The position numbers and the translations under genes are program-made. The notes beneath the pieces are model-generated. The model saw only the letters and a program-made list of their open reading frames with translations, was not told the origin of the DNA and searched no databases. This document shows, one piece after another, positions 37,337-49,360 of a stretch of 64,000 nucleotides of DNA (within the stretch, counting starts at the first letter, position 1; each line of letters starts with the position of its first letter). Source of the DNA: Monocercomonoides exilis PA203 (lineage: Eukaryota; Protista; Preaxostyla); assembly GCA_001643675.2 (NCBI GenBank), contig LSRY02000021.1, positions 868,001 through 932,000 on the forward strand, written 5' to 3'.

Positions 37337-38864
37337 AAAAGAAATGACAACCAACAACATACAGATGTTCTTTGAGTATGCATAGTGTAAATATAGATCC
37401 TTTGACATTCCCACCATTGTTTTCAAATGAGTTGTTATATTCGAATAAGTCATCTTATTTTCCAAATTCTTCCAATTTTATCTTCTTTTTCTATAAGCTT
37501 TTGATAAATTTCAAATTGTTTTTTGAATCAAACAAATACATATTTCACATCGAGAATGTGTTATTTTGTCTCAACATATTTCTGAGCAAAATGCTTGAAA
37601 AGTGAAGTTGAAGAAGGAAAAGGAGAAGCTCAAATAGAGGAGCTAACTGCAGAAGAACAAACGATAAGTTAGTGAGAATTTATCGTCTAATCAAACAGAC
37701 AACATATCATTATAAATGCAGAATCTGAGCGCGCTGCTCTCCTGTTCTGTTCTGATTCAGAAAAACATCTTCGCATTTCCCACGTATGCAGCATATATAA
37801 ATAAGTCTTGAGGAAAAGAATGGATGAGCTGGATTTAACGAACGATGAGATTGCAGGAAAAGATAACAGTGTGGAGAAGGCGATGGAGCTGAGGAGGATG
37901 AGGAGAGGGAAATTGGGACTGAGAATGGGAGTTGAGCTTTTGATTGAGCCGGTTGGGTTTGAACAGAGCATCGAAGGGAGAGAAGGGGACGGGAATAAAA
38001 GATAAAATGGATGTTACGAGCCGGATGTGGAATTGAGGCATTTTGGAACACGAAAGAAGGTGGAGTGTATTGATGAGTTTGTTACGATTGGGGCTGTCGT
38101 TCCGCAGGAAAGTGTGCTGTCGATAGACGTACGTTATGTGACATTTACGATAAGCCAAGTGTTCTGCGTGAAAGGAATAAGTGTGTTGTTTTCTTTTTCG
38201 CATTTGATGTTTTGTTCTTTCAAAACCTTTTCATTCACTTTTTATTGCAAACAAAACAATATTTTCGTTGAAGATATTCAAGATGATTTCTCTATCATTT
38301 CAAAAAAACAAGATAAAATAATAATAAATAAGAAGGAATAAAATTATTGTTTTTTTTAACTTTGAAGCGTCTTTATTAAGTTTTTCAAAAGAATAATAAT
38401 AAATGATGTTCAATATGCTGATGGAAGGAATAAATAAAATTTTGAAAAAGTTTCACCAAAAATCAAAATGAATTATGAGTTGGCAAAACAATGATTCAAA
38501 CTGACAGAAAATAGATAATAATAAATTCAAATGAAGATGTCAGCTTGTTGCAGCCGCTTTTGCAAAAGATTACAGCAATATCTTCTTTTCTTTCAATTAT
38601 CAGCAGTTTTAAATCGAACTGTCTTGTAACAGTTTTTTGCAACTTATTTCATAACTGAGATGACTCTGTAAAGAAAATGAAAGCAATAAAATAGTTATCG
38701 AATTAATACTAAATCTATCATATCTAAATCAGTTAAATTTTATCAAAATATAATTTTTCACACATATTGATCACTTCAAATGAAAATAATGGAAGTTGAA
38801 CCATAATTTTCATTTTTTCTTTCTTGAAAATTGACGAATTTTTTTCCGAATAACCAAATTCTCA

Positions 38865-41800
38865 ATGATGTTTTCGGAACTTTCGCCTTCTCGAAAAAGT
38901 GAAATATGCTCATGTGTATGGACTTTTATGAATAAAAAATCATCGAACCAAGTTGTGGAGTTGATGAATCATATGTTTTTGCACACAAATTTTGGTAAGA
39001 AAAATTTTACAAAGATTCAAAGAATTTTTGATGGTATGTTATAGATGAATTCTTTGATAATTAATTCTTTGTTGTTTATTTTATATTTTTCTTCTCAGAT
39101 ACAAATAAATTTGTAACTCTTCGTCTGGCCAGTCTGTACAATAAAGAAAAAAACTTGCACACGAAAGTCGCTATTTTAAAGTGTGTGTGCTTCGAATATA
39201 GTTTATTCCAACTCCGCGAGCTTGGTTTTGAGTGCACGCTAGGAAATTATACGCATGCTAAACAAACCGGATCAACAGAGACTTTTGATATTTCCATTCC
39301 GGATAAACCACCTACACCACCTTCGAAATCTAGTTTGTTTTTAAATAACTGTTTTTTGAAATTTCTATTAATTATTTTTTAGAACTGAGTCCCCAAGATC
39401 AACAAAAATTTGAACAGTTTTTGATTGACAATTCTACAGAATCTTCCGAGTCAATATGCCGAATATCTCCTTCCAAAAAAAGTTTTATTTTTTTTTTTAT
39501 TGTTTTCTTTTCACATTTTTCTTATTTTTTTTCTTTTTTTTTATTCGTAATTGTTCAGATTCCTCACAAATTATTGATGATGATTTCGCAATTTAAAACT
39601 CGGATTCGAACATGGAACCTGATATCGATCCCCTTAGAAATTATTTTTCGCAAAATCATATCACTCCGCGTGAAATTAACGATCGTTCTGTTTTTAATCC
39701 GAGTATTCAAACTTCTGAAAGCAATCAGATGGATATCGAAAGTTCAACAGAGGATTTTCATGACAATTCAACATATTTAGTTTTAACACGGTCTCAAGCT
39801 TATTTTGATAACGATTGGTTTTCATTTGATAATCCAAATGAATCCTTGACAATGAGACAGACAAACAATTCAATGATTAATGACGAGAGCAATGACAACA
39901 ATTCAGTTCAAGTTTTATCTGGAAACAACTCTGATATAATGAATACTTCGGATGTAGAAAAATCATCTCAAGTTGAACTTTCAAATACATCAGAAGACAA
40001 ATCTTTGTTAACAAGTCTTGCACTTCCAAACTTAGGTAATACATGCTGTTTAGCTTCACTGATTCAAGTATTTCGATCTGTCTTCAAATATGGAGGAGTG
40101 TTTAATATTCGGAAAGGGAAAATCGATAAATTTCATGCACAGTTAAACTCTCTTGTCAATAATAGCTTTGATAAGTTGAATCCATCTAATTCAAATTTTA
40201 AAAAATCATGGAACAAATTATTTGCGAAAAAATGGGAGAAGAATCATAATTTGAGACATGATGATCAACAAGAATTTTACATTTCGTTTTTTGATTTTTG
40301 CCAAAATTTATGCAGCACAACACCAAAATTGAATAATAATATAAAATCAACATTCAGCTTTCCAAAAATTTGTTCAAAATGCAACATTCGATCTGAAGGT
40401 CCAAAAGAAATTTCATCGTTAATAAGATTGCAAGGTCACAATATTGTTGATGCCTTCAATGATGCATCCATTATGAATTCGGATAATTCAAATAACAAAG
40501 AAGCATACTGTGAGCTTTGTAGTCAAAACACATATCATGATTCTTTTTTGAACATCGAGAACTTTCCAAAATTTTTATTTATTTCATTGGAAATCCCCAG
40601 TGGCATTCAGTATTCAAACACGCGCGTGCATCAAAATATCAGTTTCTCTAGCATTCAAGGGAAACAAGTTTTGAGTGACATTCATAATTTAAACGCTCAC
40701 AATTACACTCTGATTGGACAACTATTCTACAACGGTGACAATGATAATGGTCATTTTTTTTGCTTGAGAAGAATTGATGATTCATTATTCGATTCTCTTT
40801 CAAGGCATTCAGAAAAATGGATTTTGTGCAATGATGGAAATATTTCATCAATTTCAAAACCTATAAATGAAGAAATAAACAAACATATTTCAAATGGATC
40901 AAGACCACTCCTATCAATTTTCATGCAAATTTGTCTTAGAGAAAATTATGCAGTGAATAATCCAGAATCTCCAAATTTGTTTTTTTCGAAAACAGCAAAA
41001 GAAAAATCCACTGAACATTTTAACGCTTCAGATATTCACTTCGAAGATACAAACACTTCACAATATTCTAACATTTCACACTCACATCAAAACAATGGAT
41101 CCCCATTTGAGCAAATTAATATCAGTCACAATACAAATACTGCTATTCCTTCCTCATCTGCAAACAACAAACAAAAACACTTTCCATCTGATATCACAAA
41201 TAATTCAACATTATCTGTTCCTTCACAATCATCACTTATTCCTCGAAGCTCACTTCAGTGTCAACATCCAATTCAGCTTCACATGTCGGAAAATAATCAA
41301 GGAGAAGAGGCTGGAAATTCATCATCTTCTGAAAGATTTTGCAACAATAACATTTCATTTCAAACAAGTCATTCACATTCATTTTCTCATGTCTATTCTG
41401 AAGAACAACAATTTAACCAATCCTCTTTTTTCACATCGTGCAATGGCAATGATACAGCCAACACTAGACCTCAAACAAGGCTCATCAACATCCCTAAGAT
41501 AAAATTATATGAAAAATTCAAATTACTGAACATAAAAATGTCTGCTAGTACATTTTATAAACGAACAGCACATCTGAAACGAGCAAAAAGAAGAACTGAT
41601 TTATGCGATCTGTGTGAAAAATATGAATCACTGGTCAAAAAAAAGGAAACTTTGAAATCACTTGGAAAATCTTTGGATAAAAGAGATGTGGAAACAATGG
41701 AGTTGATTCATAACCACAAGATAATTGCTCATCATCAGCAAACACATTTTCGATTCATGAAGCAGAATCTGACTAATGGAGAAGCGCTCATATTATTCGA

Positions 41801-42734
41801 TTTCAAAGAAAACTGGATAGCTCCAATAAGACGGAATTCAGTGAGTCGTGATTTCTATGAAAAGGAGGAAATATCACATCTTTGTATAATCGTTTACAAA
41901 ATTGGATCAAAAAAGAAAATTGAAAAACATATTTTCAATTATTTCTCAAATAATTTATCTCATGATTACAGGTTTACGATTGAGTGTTTGCAGAGTGTCA
42001 TAATAAACCCCATTCTCAAAGAAATAACGAATTATCACTTTATGTGTGACACAGGGACACATTTCAGAAACTCAAACGTTTTACATTTTATTTTATCTGA
42101 ATCTTCTCCTCAAATGAAAAACAAACGTTCTACTCTTTCTTTCTTTGGAGAAAAACATGGAAAGTGTGAGTGCGACGCTGTATTTGGATATTTATCGAGG
42201 TTAATGAACAATTTTTTAGATGATCAAACAGTGATTTACAACATTGATGATTTAGTTGAATTTTTCCAAACAAATTCATTATTGTCGAGTGCGAATAATC
42301 AAAACTTAAGCCAAAATAGGAACGAAACTTTTCGATATTTCTTAAAGTGTGATTGTTATTGAAGCAGTTTAAATCTTTAAAATCAGTTTTGTGTGTTTTT
42401 TTTATTATTAATTAGATACAATCCATCCAACAAAATACTGTGGAGAAAATTGAATATTATATCATTGAAGAAATATCTCTTCTACGAAAAAAGAGGAAAC
42501 GAAATTTTTCGATCGATAGTCACACCAAAAAATTTGAGAGGAACCGAGAAAATCACTTTCAAAGAAGAGAGAAGTAGAGATGATAGAACAAGGAAAAAAT
42601 TCAACAGGCCGACTGGAGAAAGTCGCTCATTATCACTGGGCGAATACACTTTTAAGATTCTTAAAGATAGGAAAAAAATGTTTTGTAATTATTTAGAGAG
42701 TGATGATTTTAATAATAATGAAGCTGTCTTTTGA
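38865..42734 (+). CDS. Sola-like DDD transposase with an embedded USP (peptidase C19) domain; 5 exons, one in-frame TAA at 39594-39596
   Basis: Exons 38865-39033, 39099-39332, 39383-39481, 39559-42346, 42416-42734 join in frame. USP Cys box LPNLGNTCCLASLIQ, CSKC/CELC Zn ribbon, His box GDNDNGHFFC and WILCNDGNI. Then LYEKFK..MSASTFYK, TDLCDLC, LFDFKEN, SHD, MCDTGTHFRN, HGKCECDAVFG (three candidate catalytic Asp). Confidence 0.8.
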
Positions 42735-42754
42735 GTTGAAATTGTTTTGTTTTC

Positions 42755-43001
42755 AATATTGAACTTTTGACTTATGTTCCGTTTGAAAAGCCTGCTGCTC
42801 AAGCCTTGAATGTCAACCGAAAGGCTAAACTTTCAAGGTACCTCAAATTTTTTCTTGAATAGTTAAAGATTTGAGGCTAGGCTGATTCCATCCTGTGGCT
42901 GTATTGTGACCGGTCCAATACAGCCACTTGAAGGCTTTGGGTCCAGAATCAGCCTCCCAGGGTGGGCTTTCTTATGGAACATAAGTAAAATATTCAATAT
43001 T
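42755..43001 (+). ncRNA. Putative structured RNA / cis-acting element of unknown family
   Basis: Nested stems: 42755-63/42993-43001; 42770-82/42974-86; 42785-96/42961-71; 42804-10/42832-38 capped by CC-GAAA-GG; 42841-52/42865-76; 42879-88/42946-55; 42895-906/42916-27. Several G-U pairs indicate + strand RNA; GC-rich relative to flanks. Confidence 0.7.
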
Positions 43002-45001
43002 ACTCACTTTTTTATTCAAGTCTTTTTTTTTGAATTGTGTCGACACATCTTTTTGTTTTATTATTGTTTTTTTAATGATATAAAGTCATGAAAAATTTTG
43101 TATTTTAAAAATCTTGAAAATTTGGAAAAACAAAATTTTGTTTATTATATCTTTAATTGGAATTTTTTTGGATTCAAACAATTTGTCAATGTATTTTTTA
43201 TATTCTTCCATTCCTATTTCCACATATTTTTAATTTATAAATGTGCGTTTTTTTGTATGTTTTTTTGTTTTTAGTCTGAAGATTATTATTCATAAAAAGA
43301 GGATAGTATCTTTGAAGAAAAAAAATGCTTTGAACGAAAGGTTACTCAAAGAAAAATTATCTGGAGATAATAAATGGATGCAAAAATATATTTAGAAAAA
43401 GAAAAAGTTAAAAGAGGTTTCAATGAAGGCAGTGGCTTGAAAAATGTATGATCAGTCTGAGATCCAAATTTGTTTATCACATGTGAAGAGCTTCAATGAA
43501 GAAAATCTCGAAAATAATGCAAAGATAATAAATGGCTATCACATGTTTAAAGTCAGTAATCCACATAACTGAAAATCCGTTTTTTCTTTTGTTGGTTTCA
43601 AACAAACGTACAAGAGTGATGATGCTCCAAGACGATATACAAAGATACTGACTGAATTGCGGAGTTAATCAGAATTTGATACAAAATAATTGAAATAGGA
43701 CAACAGATATTTTATAAGTCAAGAAAATCTTGTTTGAAATTATCGAACATTTTTCAAAAGAAGAAATGAAAAGAAAGCATAGATAAGTGCATTATCTGAA
43801 ATTCAAACTTTTCAGAGAAATTCAACAAACTGAAACTGTTCACCTAACAGATTCTTTTCGAAATATTTCATCTTCTGTAAGTTGATAATAAATGAATTGT
43901 TAAAAAGTGACCTGAATCGACATTCAAGGACAGAACACTGCCTATAAAAATTATACAGAAAAAAATATTATTCAAACACCTGAATTCCTGATAGAAGATG
44001 AAATAATTGGAAAAAATTGTGCTGAATCATTATTAACATAAAATAAATGAATTATTCTCAAAGCTTGATATTTGTAAAATAAATAACATCTAAAATAATC
44101 ATAAATAAACAAGTTCACACAAGTCAACATTTGTCACATGTTATAACTGATATAGTAAATTTGTTTGAAATAAAAAAGTGTTTTCGCAAATGTTTCCAAA
44201 ACTTATGGGTTTCAAAAAAATATCAAGTTGATTAATGTTTAACTTTTTTAATGAAAATACAGTTTTTCAAAACAATAGTAATTTTTTGATAAATTATTGT
44301 CACATAAAGTTATTTTTTGTAAGGTTTTAAGTGCGACATTTAAGAGACCGAAAAATAATATGATTTCAAAAATAATCACCCATATTATTTGTTTTAAAAT
44401 TATTTTCATTGCGTATAAGCTTCTATATGAAGCAATATGAGAAAAAAAAATTTAGGATCTAATAAAAAACGGGGTACTAATAAAAATTTGACCCTAAATG
44501 ATGTTCGAAATACCGCATTTTTCTTTTTGTGTTATAAGTCCGTTGCAAAATGAATTGCTTGTATTGCGACAAACGCTGTTGCCTAATTTTTAACGTTTTT
44601 TACAAAATTCAATGAATAAACTGATATCAAGGATGAAAAATGTAAAATTTTAAATTGATTCAAGAAGGAACGCTAACACAAGAGAATCATTGATTGATGA
44701 ATAATATCATTGCCTTCTACCAAATAAAGTCATCATCAAATTTCGAGTCTTTCGTTTTGATAGTTCTCTCTTTCTCTCTTTCTCTCTCTCTCTCTCTCTC
44801 CTTTTTTTTTTTTTTTTTTTTTGTTTGTTTGTTTGAAAGGAGATGGATAGTCAAGAATCATTTTCACCTCAAAAAAGCTTATCCTTTGTTCTCTGCAGGG
44901 AATGGTTCACAAATTGTGCATCAAGTTATCTGTCAAGAAGTTTAACTTCTTATTCTCTTTCGAATCTTTCTTTTGCGAATTGCGCAATGTAGCAATTTAT
45001 C

Positions 45002-45249
45002 ATATGTCTAAATTTTTATGAAAAGTTCCTTTTGTTTAATTTTCAAAGAAAATAAAAATTTCGTATTTCGATCAAATTTTTGTTCCCACTCACCAAATTT
45101 CGCTGTCATTAAAACGATAACTTGACAATGTTATTATTTCCATCTTAGTGAAGTTTCGTAAGTGGGAACAGAAATTTGATCGAAATATAATATTTTTTCT
45201 TTATTTGAAAATTAAACAAAAGGAACTTATCAAAAAAATTTTGACATAT
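45002..45249. mobile_element. Small degenerate MITE (~248 bp, ~100-bp imperfect TIRs)
   Basis: ATATGTC..AAGTTCCTTTTGTTTAATTTTCAAA..TATTTCGATCAAATTT.TGTTCCCACT is mirrored at the right end; TA|TGTC...GACA|TA termini. Confidence 0.8.
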
Positions 45250-45896
45250 CTCTATTTCCATTTTCCGCTTCTCATCCACTGTTTCTGACTTTCTTCTTCA
45301 AATTCATTCAATTCCTTGTTCTTCATCCCCCTTTCCTCTCAACGAACAGAATTAAAAAAATACTCTGATATCTTTTCCATAAATCAGATTTTGAAAAAAA
45401 AAGGATAAAAAAAAGGAGAGAGAACATTACATACCAATAGTGAGAGAAATTATTACAATTTGTAAGGATTCTGTGAAACGATGTGAAACGATGTGAAAAG
45501 ATGTGAAAAGATAATTCAAAAGATTTCTCTACCTCTACCAAAAGAACAATTTAAAAAAATAGGAAAAACAGATTTGCAAAGAAAGAAAGAAATATTCACT
45601 TGTGTTGTGATAAAGATAAAGGTTATGAAATGGGCACATAGAAACTTATAAACGAAAGACATATTTTATTGTGTCTATCTTATGGATAACATAAAATAAT
45701 GCAGGATATGTAAAGAGAGATGATGTGAGTATTCATGGAAACCATTCAGGTGATATGAACAATACGATTTCCACAAGTTAACGACAAAAGATTTTTAATA
45801 TTTTTAAAGAAGATAAAAAGTGCATAACTTGATTTTTATTTATTGATATTTTTTTTAATTTTTATTTTATTTTATTTTATTTTATTTTATTTTATT

Positions 45897-45925
<29 letters not shown>

Positions 45926-45928
<3 letters not shown>

Positions 45929-48900
45929 CTGTCCCGCACGTTGAACAAGAAGTATGTGGGCTTCTTCCAGTTGCGAGTCCAGTTCATCGCCATCCTGAAT
46001 GATCTGGCAAACCAACGACTTCTTCAGCGCTAGCAGCATCCCCGTGATCTTGTCGGCCTTGTCCGGAAAGCGGCGCTCGGCTCGGTCGTAAATAAACTCT
46101 CCAATCAGCTCCTTCTGCTCGTTTTCATCTTTCCCGTTCAGCTGCGACAGATCAAATCCTCCGTTCACTGCGCTCGACGGATACACTGGTCCTTCCAAAG
46201 ACGCTATGGCAGATTCCTGTGCGGATTCTGCGGATAAGGCTTGGGCAGCTGACTCTGTTGTCGCAGCAGTTTGTGGTGATGACTCACGCATACTTGAGGC
46301 GTCTGAGGGAGATGGCTGGGCATTGGCAGCAGATACAGGCACAGATGATTGTACAGTTGATGCTGCCGAAGAAGAAGAAGACGATGATGATGAAGGCACA
46401 GACGTTGGCGGGGCCTGCTGAAGAAGATACCCTGACGCGCCAACAAACTGCGGCTGCATAGACTGATACTGCTGAGGTTGCTGAATGTTCTGTGGATATT
46501 GCGCCATTTGCATCTGTTGCTGTTGCTGTTGTTGTTGTGCATTCGCTTGCTGATACATCTGAACAGGTTGTCCCGCAGGATAACCAGATCCTCCTCCTCC
46601 TCCTCCTCCATTGCTCATCTGCACAGGCATTTGCAGTGCCAACATCGGAGTTCCGTTCGGAGCCACTTGCAAAGCCACAGTCTGCACAGGTTGCATAGAC
46701 TGCATTGAGGACATAGCTGGGACAGGCGAGATTGGAGGCATCGATGACATGGTTGGAACAACATGAGCTGAAGTGGGGTTGACACCAGCAGGAACAGCCG
46801 CAAAAGCAGAAGGCATCGGAGCAGGCTGGGCCATTCTTCCTCTGTTTCTGAGGTGCGGAGGAATTGCAGCTTCTGGCTGTAGCACTTGTAACTGCATCTG
46901 GATCGGCCCATGTGCATTTGCTGCTGGTCCTATCTGACCAGGCATCGACTGAGGCGCTGGATACAGCTGTGGCTGAGGCTGCATCTGCCTCTGAGCGTTC
47001 TGTTGTTGTTGTTGTTGTTGCTGCTGCTGCTGCTGCTGAGGGAAAGGAGCAGGAAGTGGATGTGGATAACCTTGCATTTGCGGCTGTGGAAGCGGATAGA
47101 CGCCTTGCTGAAATTGAGGTTGAGGCTGTTGTTGTGGTTGTGGCTGTGGCTGCATCTGAGACTGATACGGCGGTTGCTGAATCTGCTGGAGTTGCGGTTG
47201 TGGTTGTGGTTGTGGCAGAAGCTGGCTATGTATCTGGGTCTGGCTCTGATATTGGGATTGCACCTGCGTCTGCGGTCGAGCTTGGTAGTGTGGTTGAGGC
47301 TGAGGCTGAGGCTGAGGCTGGGGTTGTGGTTGAGGGTAAGGATGAGTTTGAATTTGAGCTTGCGACTGAGGTTGTTGTAGTTGTGGTGGTTGTTGCTGTG
47401 GATGTGGCTGTGGTCGAGATGGGTTGTACACCAAAGAGTTGTAAGTTCTCTTTGGATAAGGTTGCTGCTGACGACGCATTCCTGTTGGTGGATACTGCTG
47501 CTGATGAGGCCCGGTTTGTTGTTGTGGCTGCTCCGCTGGTAGGTATCGGCTCTGTTCTTCTTCAAATCGCTTTGGCTTTCCATAGCTCAAGCTTCCCTTT
47601 GCTTGCATCCTTCTGTCCATTTCCATTCCTCCTCCAATCCCGCCTCTCATTTGTGCCGTACTGCCCGGCACTTGTTTGAACGATTGGTACATTCTTTGGT
47701 CATCATGATATGAGTCAATCACTTCCCCTCTTCCCATTCCTCCATCGGCTCCAACTCCACTTCCACTGGTGTTGCTTCCTGGAGCGCCATACTTCATTCG
47801 TCCGTATGCCATCCCTCTCATTCGCTGCTGGCTCCTCATTTGTGGATTGCTCGCAGGCTGCATTTCATCCGATCCTGCACCCATCAGTCCATAGTCTCCA
47901 CTTTCATCAACAGCAACAGCAGCCCCATCTTCCATCCCACTCCTCCCTCCTAACGGCATCGACACTCTCCTCTTCATGCCTATCCTCCCAGCACTGGCTC
48001 CTCCTCTGCTCATCCGAACTTTCCCTCCTCTCATCGATCTCATCTCCCTCATTCCATACATGTCTTCTCCTTCAAATCCTTCGAACTGAGAGGGATCTCC
48101 ATACTGATCCTGTTCCATACCTCCGCTCATAAACCCCATGTCATCTGCTTCGTTCATCATCCCCATCCCCATCCCTGCTCCCATGCCCATACCCATTCCC
48201 ATGCCTCCTGCTCCTCCCATTCTCATCCCTCCCCGTGATAGTCTCATGCCTCGTGCTCCTCTCATGGGTCTCATTTTCTCCATCCCTCCTGCTCCGCCCA
48301 TTGCTTCCATTGATCCCATTGTTCCAATTTCGCCAGCTGTACCCATATATCCCCTCTCATCGAATTCATCAATCATTCCTTCATCAGATCCCATCCCAAA
48401 TCCCATTCCCATCCCTCCCATGCCTCCCATACCCATACTCATTGGCATTCCAAGTGATAATCCCATCATCGATCCATCAAGTTGTCCATATATTCCGTCC
48501 ATTTGTTCCATCATTGGCATCTCGCCAGACATATCCATGCTAGCGCCAAGAGTCATATCATCTATCATCTTTATGCCCATTGCAAACCTGTCAATCAAGG
48601 AATTCATTCCCCCATCGTTTTCAACTTTCCCCATCATTTGCTTAAATGCTCCTGTTACTTCGTTTTCATCCGATTTTCGAGCTTTAGATAGCAGCTGAAG
48701 TTGTTTTTTGTGCTCTTCTCTTGCCGCGCGAGAATGATACTTCGTAACTAAAAAGAAAACTCCTTCATAAGTCTTTTCATGAAGAGTTTCCAACGCTTTT
48801 TGTGCCTGTTCAGCAGTTTCCATAAATATTGTTGCACTTTGAGACTGAGATTCTCCATCCTTTGGGTTCATAAGGCGAATTGAAGGCTTCCCAAAATCAG

Positions 48901-49222
48901 AAAAAATTTTGGTCAACTTTTCTTTTGAAACACCTGGAGTCACCCATTGAACAATAAGTTTTGCATCTTCAGGAATTGTCATTGGATTATGAACAGTTCG
49001 AAGAGATGATCTTAACGAATTATGTTGCAATTGTTGCCTTTGTTGCATTGACGTTGATGTCGTATTTGCATCATTTGTCCCTAGCAACATTGACTGCAGT
49101 GGGCTCTGTTGTTGAATGAGCGCTTGCTGGATCATCATTGGATTGACTTGCCCCAATCCTTCCATTTCGTTGGCTGAAAGCATTTTGGTGTTATCTGGCG
49201 CACGAAATCCATCTGTAAACAT
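45926..49222 (-). CDS. PABP-like protein: single RRM, long G/M- and Q/P-rich low-complexity linker, C-terminal MLLE (PABC) domain
   Basis: 1098-aa intronless ORF. RRM LIVQWV...KEKLTKIFSDFG...ATIFMETAEQAQKALETLH; C-terminal EQKELIGEFIY...ADKITGMLLAL (MLLE signature KITGMLL). Confidence 0.85.
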
Positions 49223-49360
49223 TGGTTTTCTTTATGATATTTTGTACAACTAAAGAGATAACTGCAAAATTACGACAATCAATGCAAAAGATCAATCCAA
49301 CCATTTCTTTTCATAAATAATCAACATTTGATCAAACCTTAAGCATATATTTCTATTTGA

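Larger units (their letters stand above)
31584..44494. mobile_element. 12.9-kb composite TIR DNA transposon carrying a USP-transposase gene, a structured RNA-like element and decayed gene fragments
   Basis: 136-bp TIRs: left = 31584-31696 + 32456-32478 (split by a nested MITE), right = 44359-44494. One mismatch seen (GTGTCAAAT vs GGGTCAAAT). TA on both flanks (TATA / TAAA if read as 4 bp). Confidence 0.8.

Noticed and set aside
42755-43001. SECIS, tRNA, RNase P/MRP, SRP, telomerase RNA, hammerhead or Fanzor identity
   Set aside because: No diagnostic motifs seen (no CUGANGA/GAAA core, box C/D, T-loop or CUAACCC template). The upstream internal stop is TAA not TGA, and the adjacent protein shows no TnpB/RuvC motifs.
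43270-44000. Possible relic of the same family as 55327-59314
   Set aside because: Similarity too faint to support by eye.
45472-45510. Short tandem repeat TGTGAAA(C/A)GA as a CRISPR-like array
   Set aside because: About four 10-bp units without spacers, in a 3' UTR-like region; simple minisatellite.
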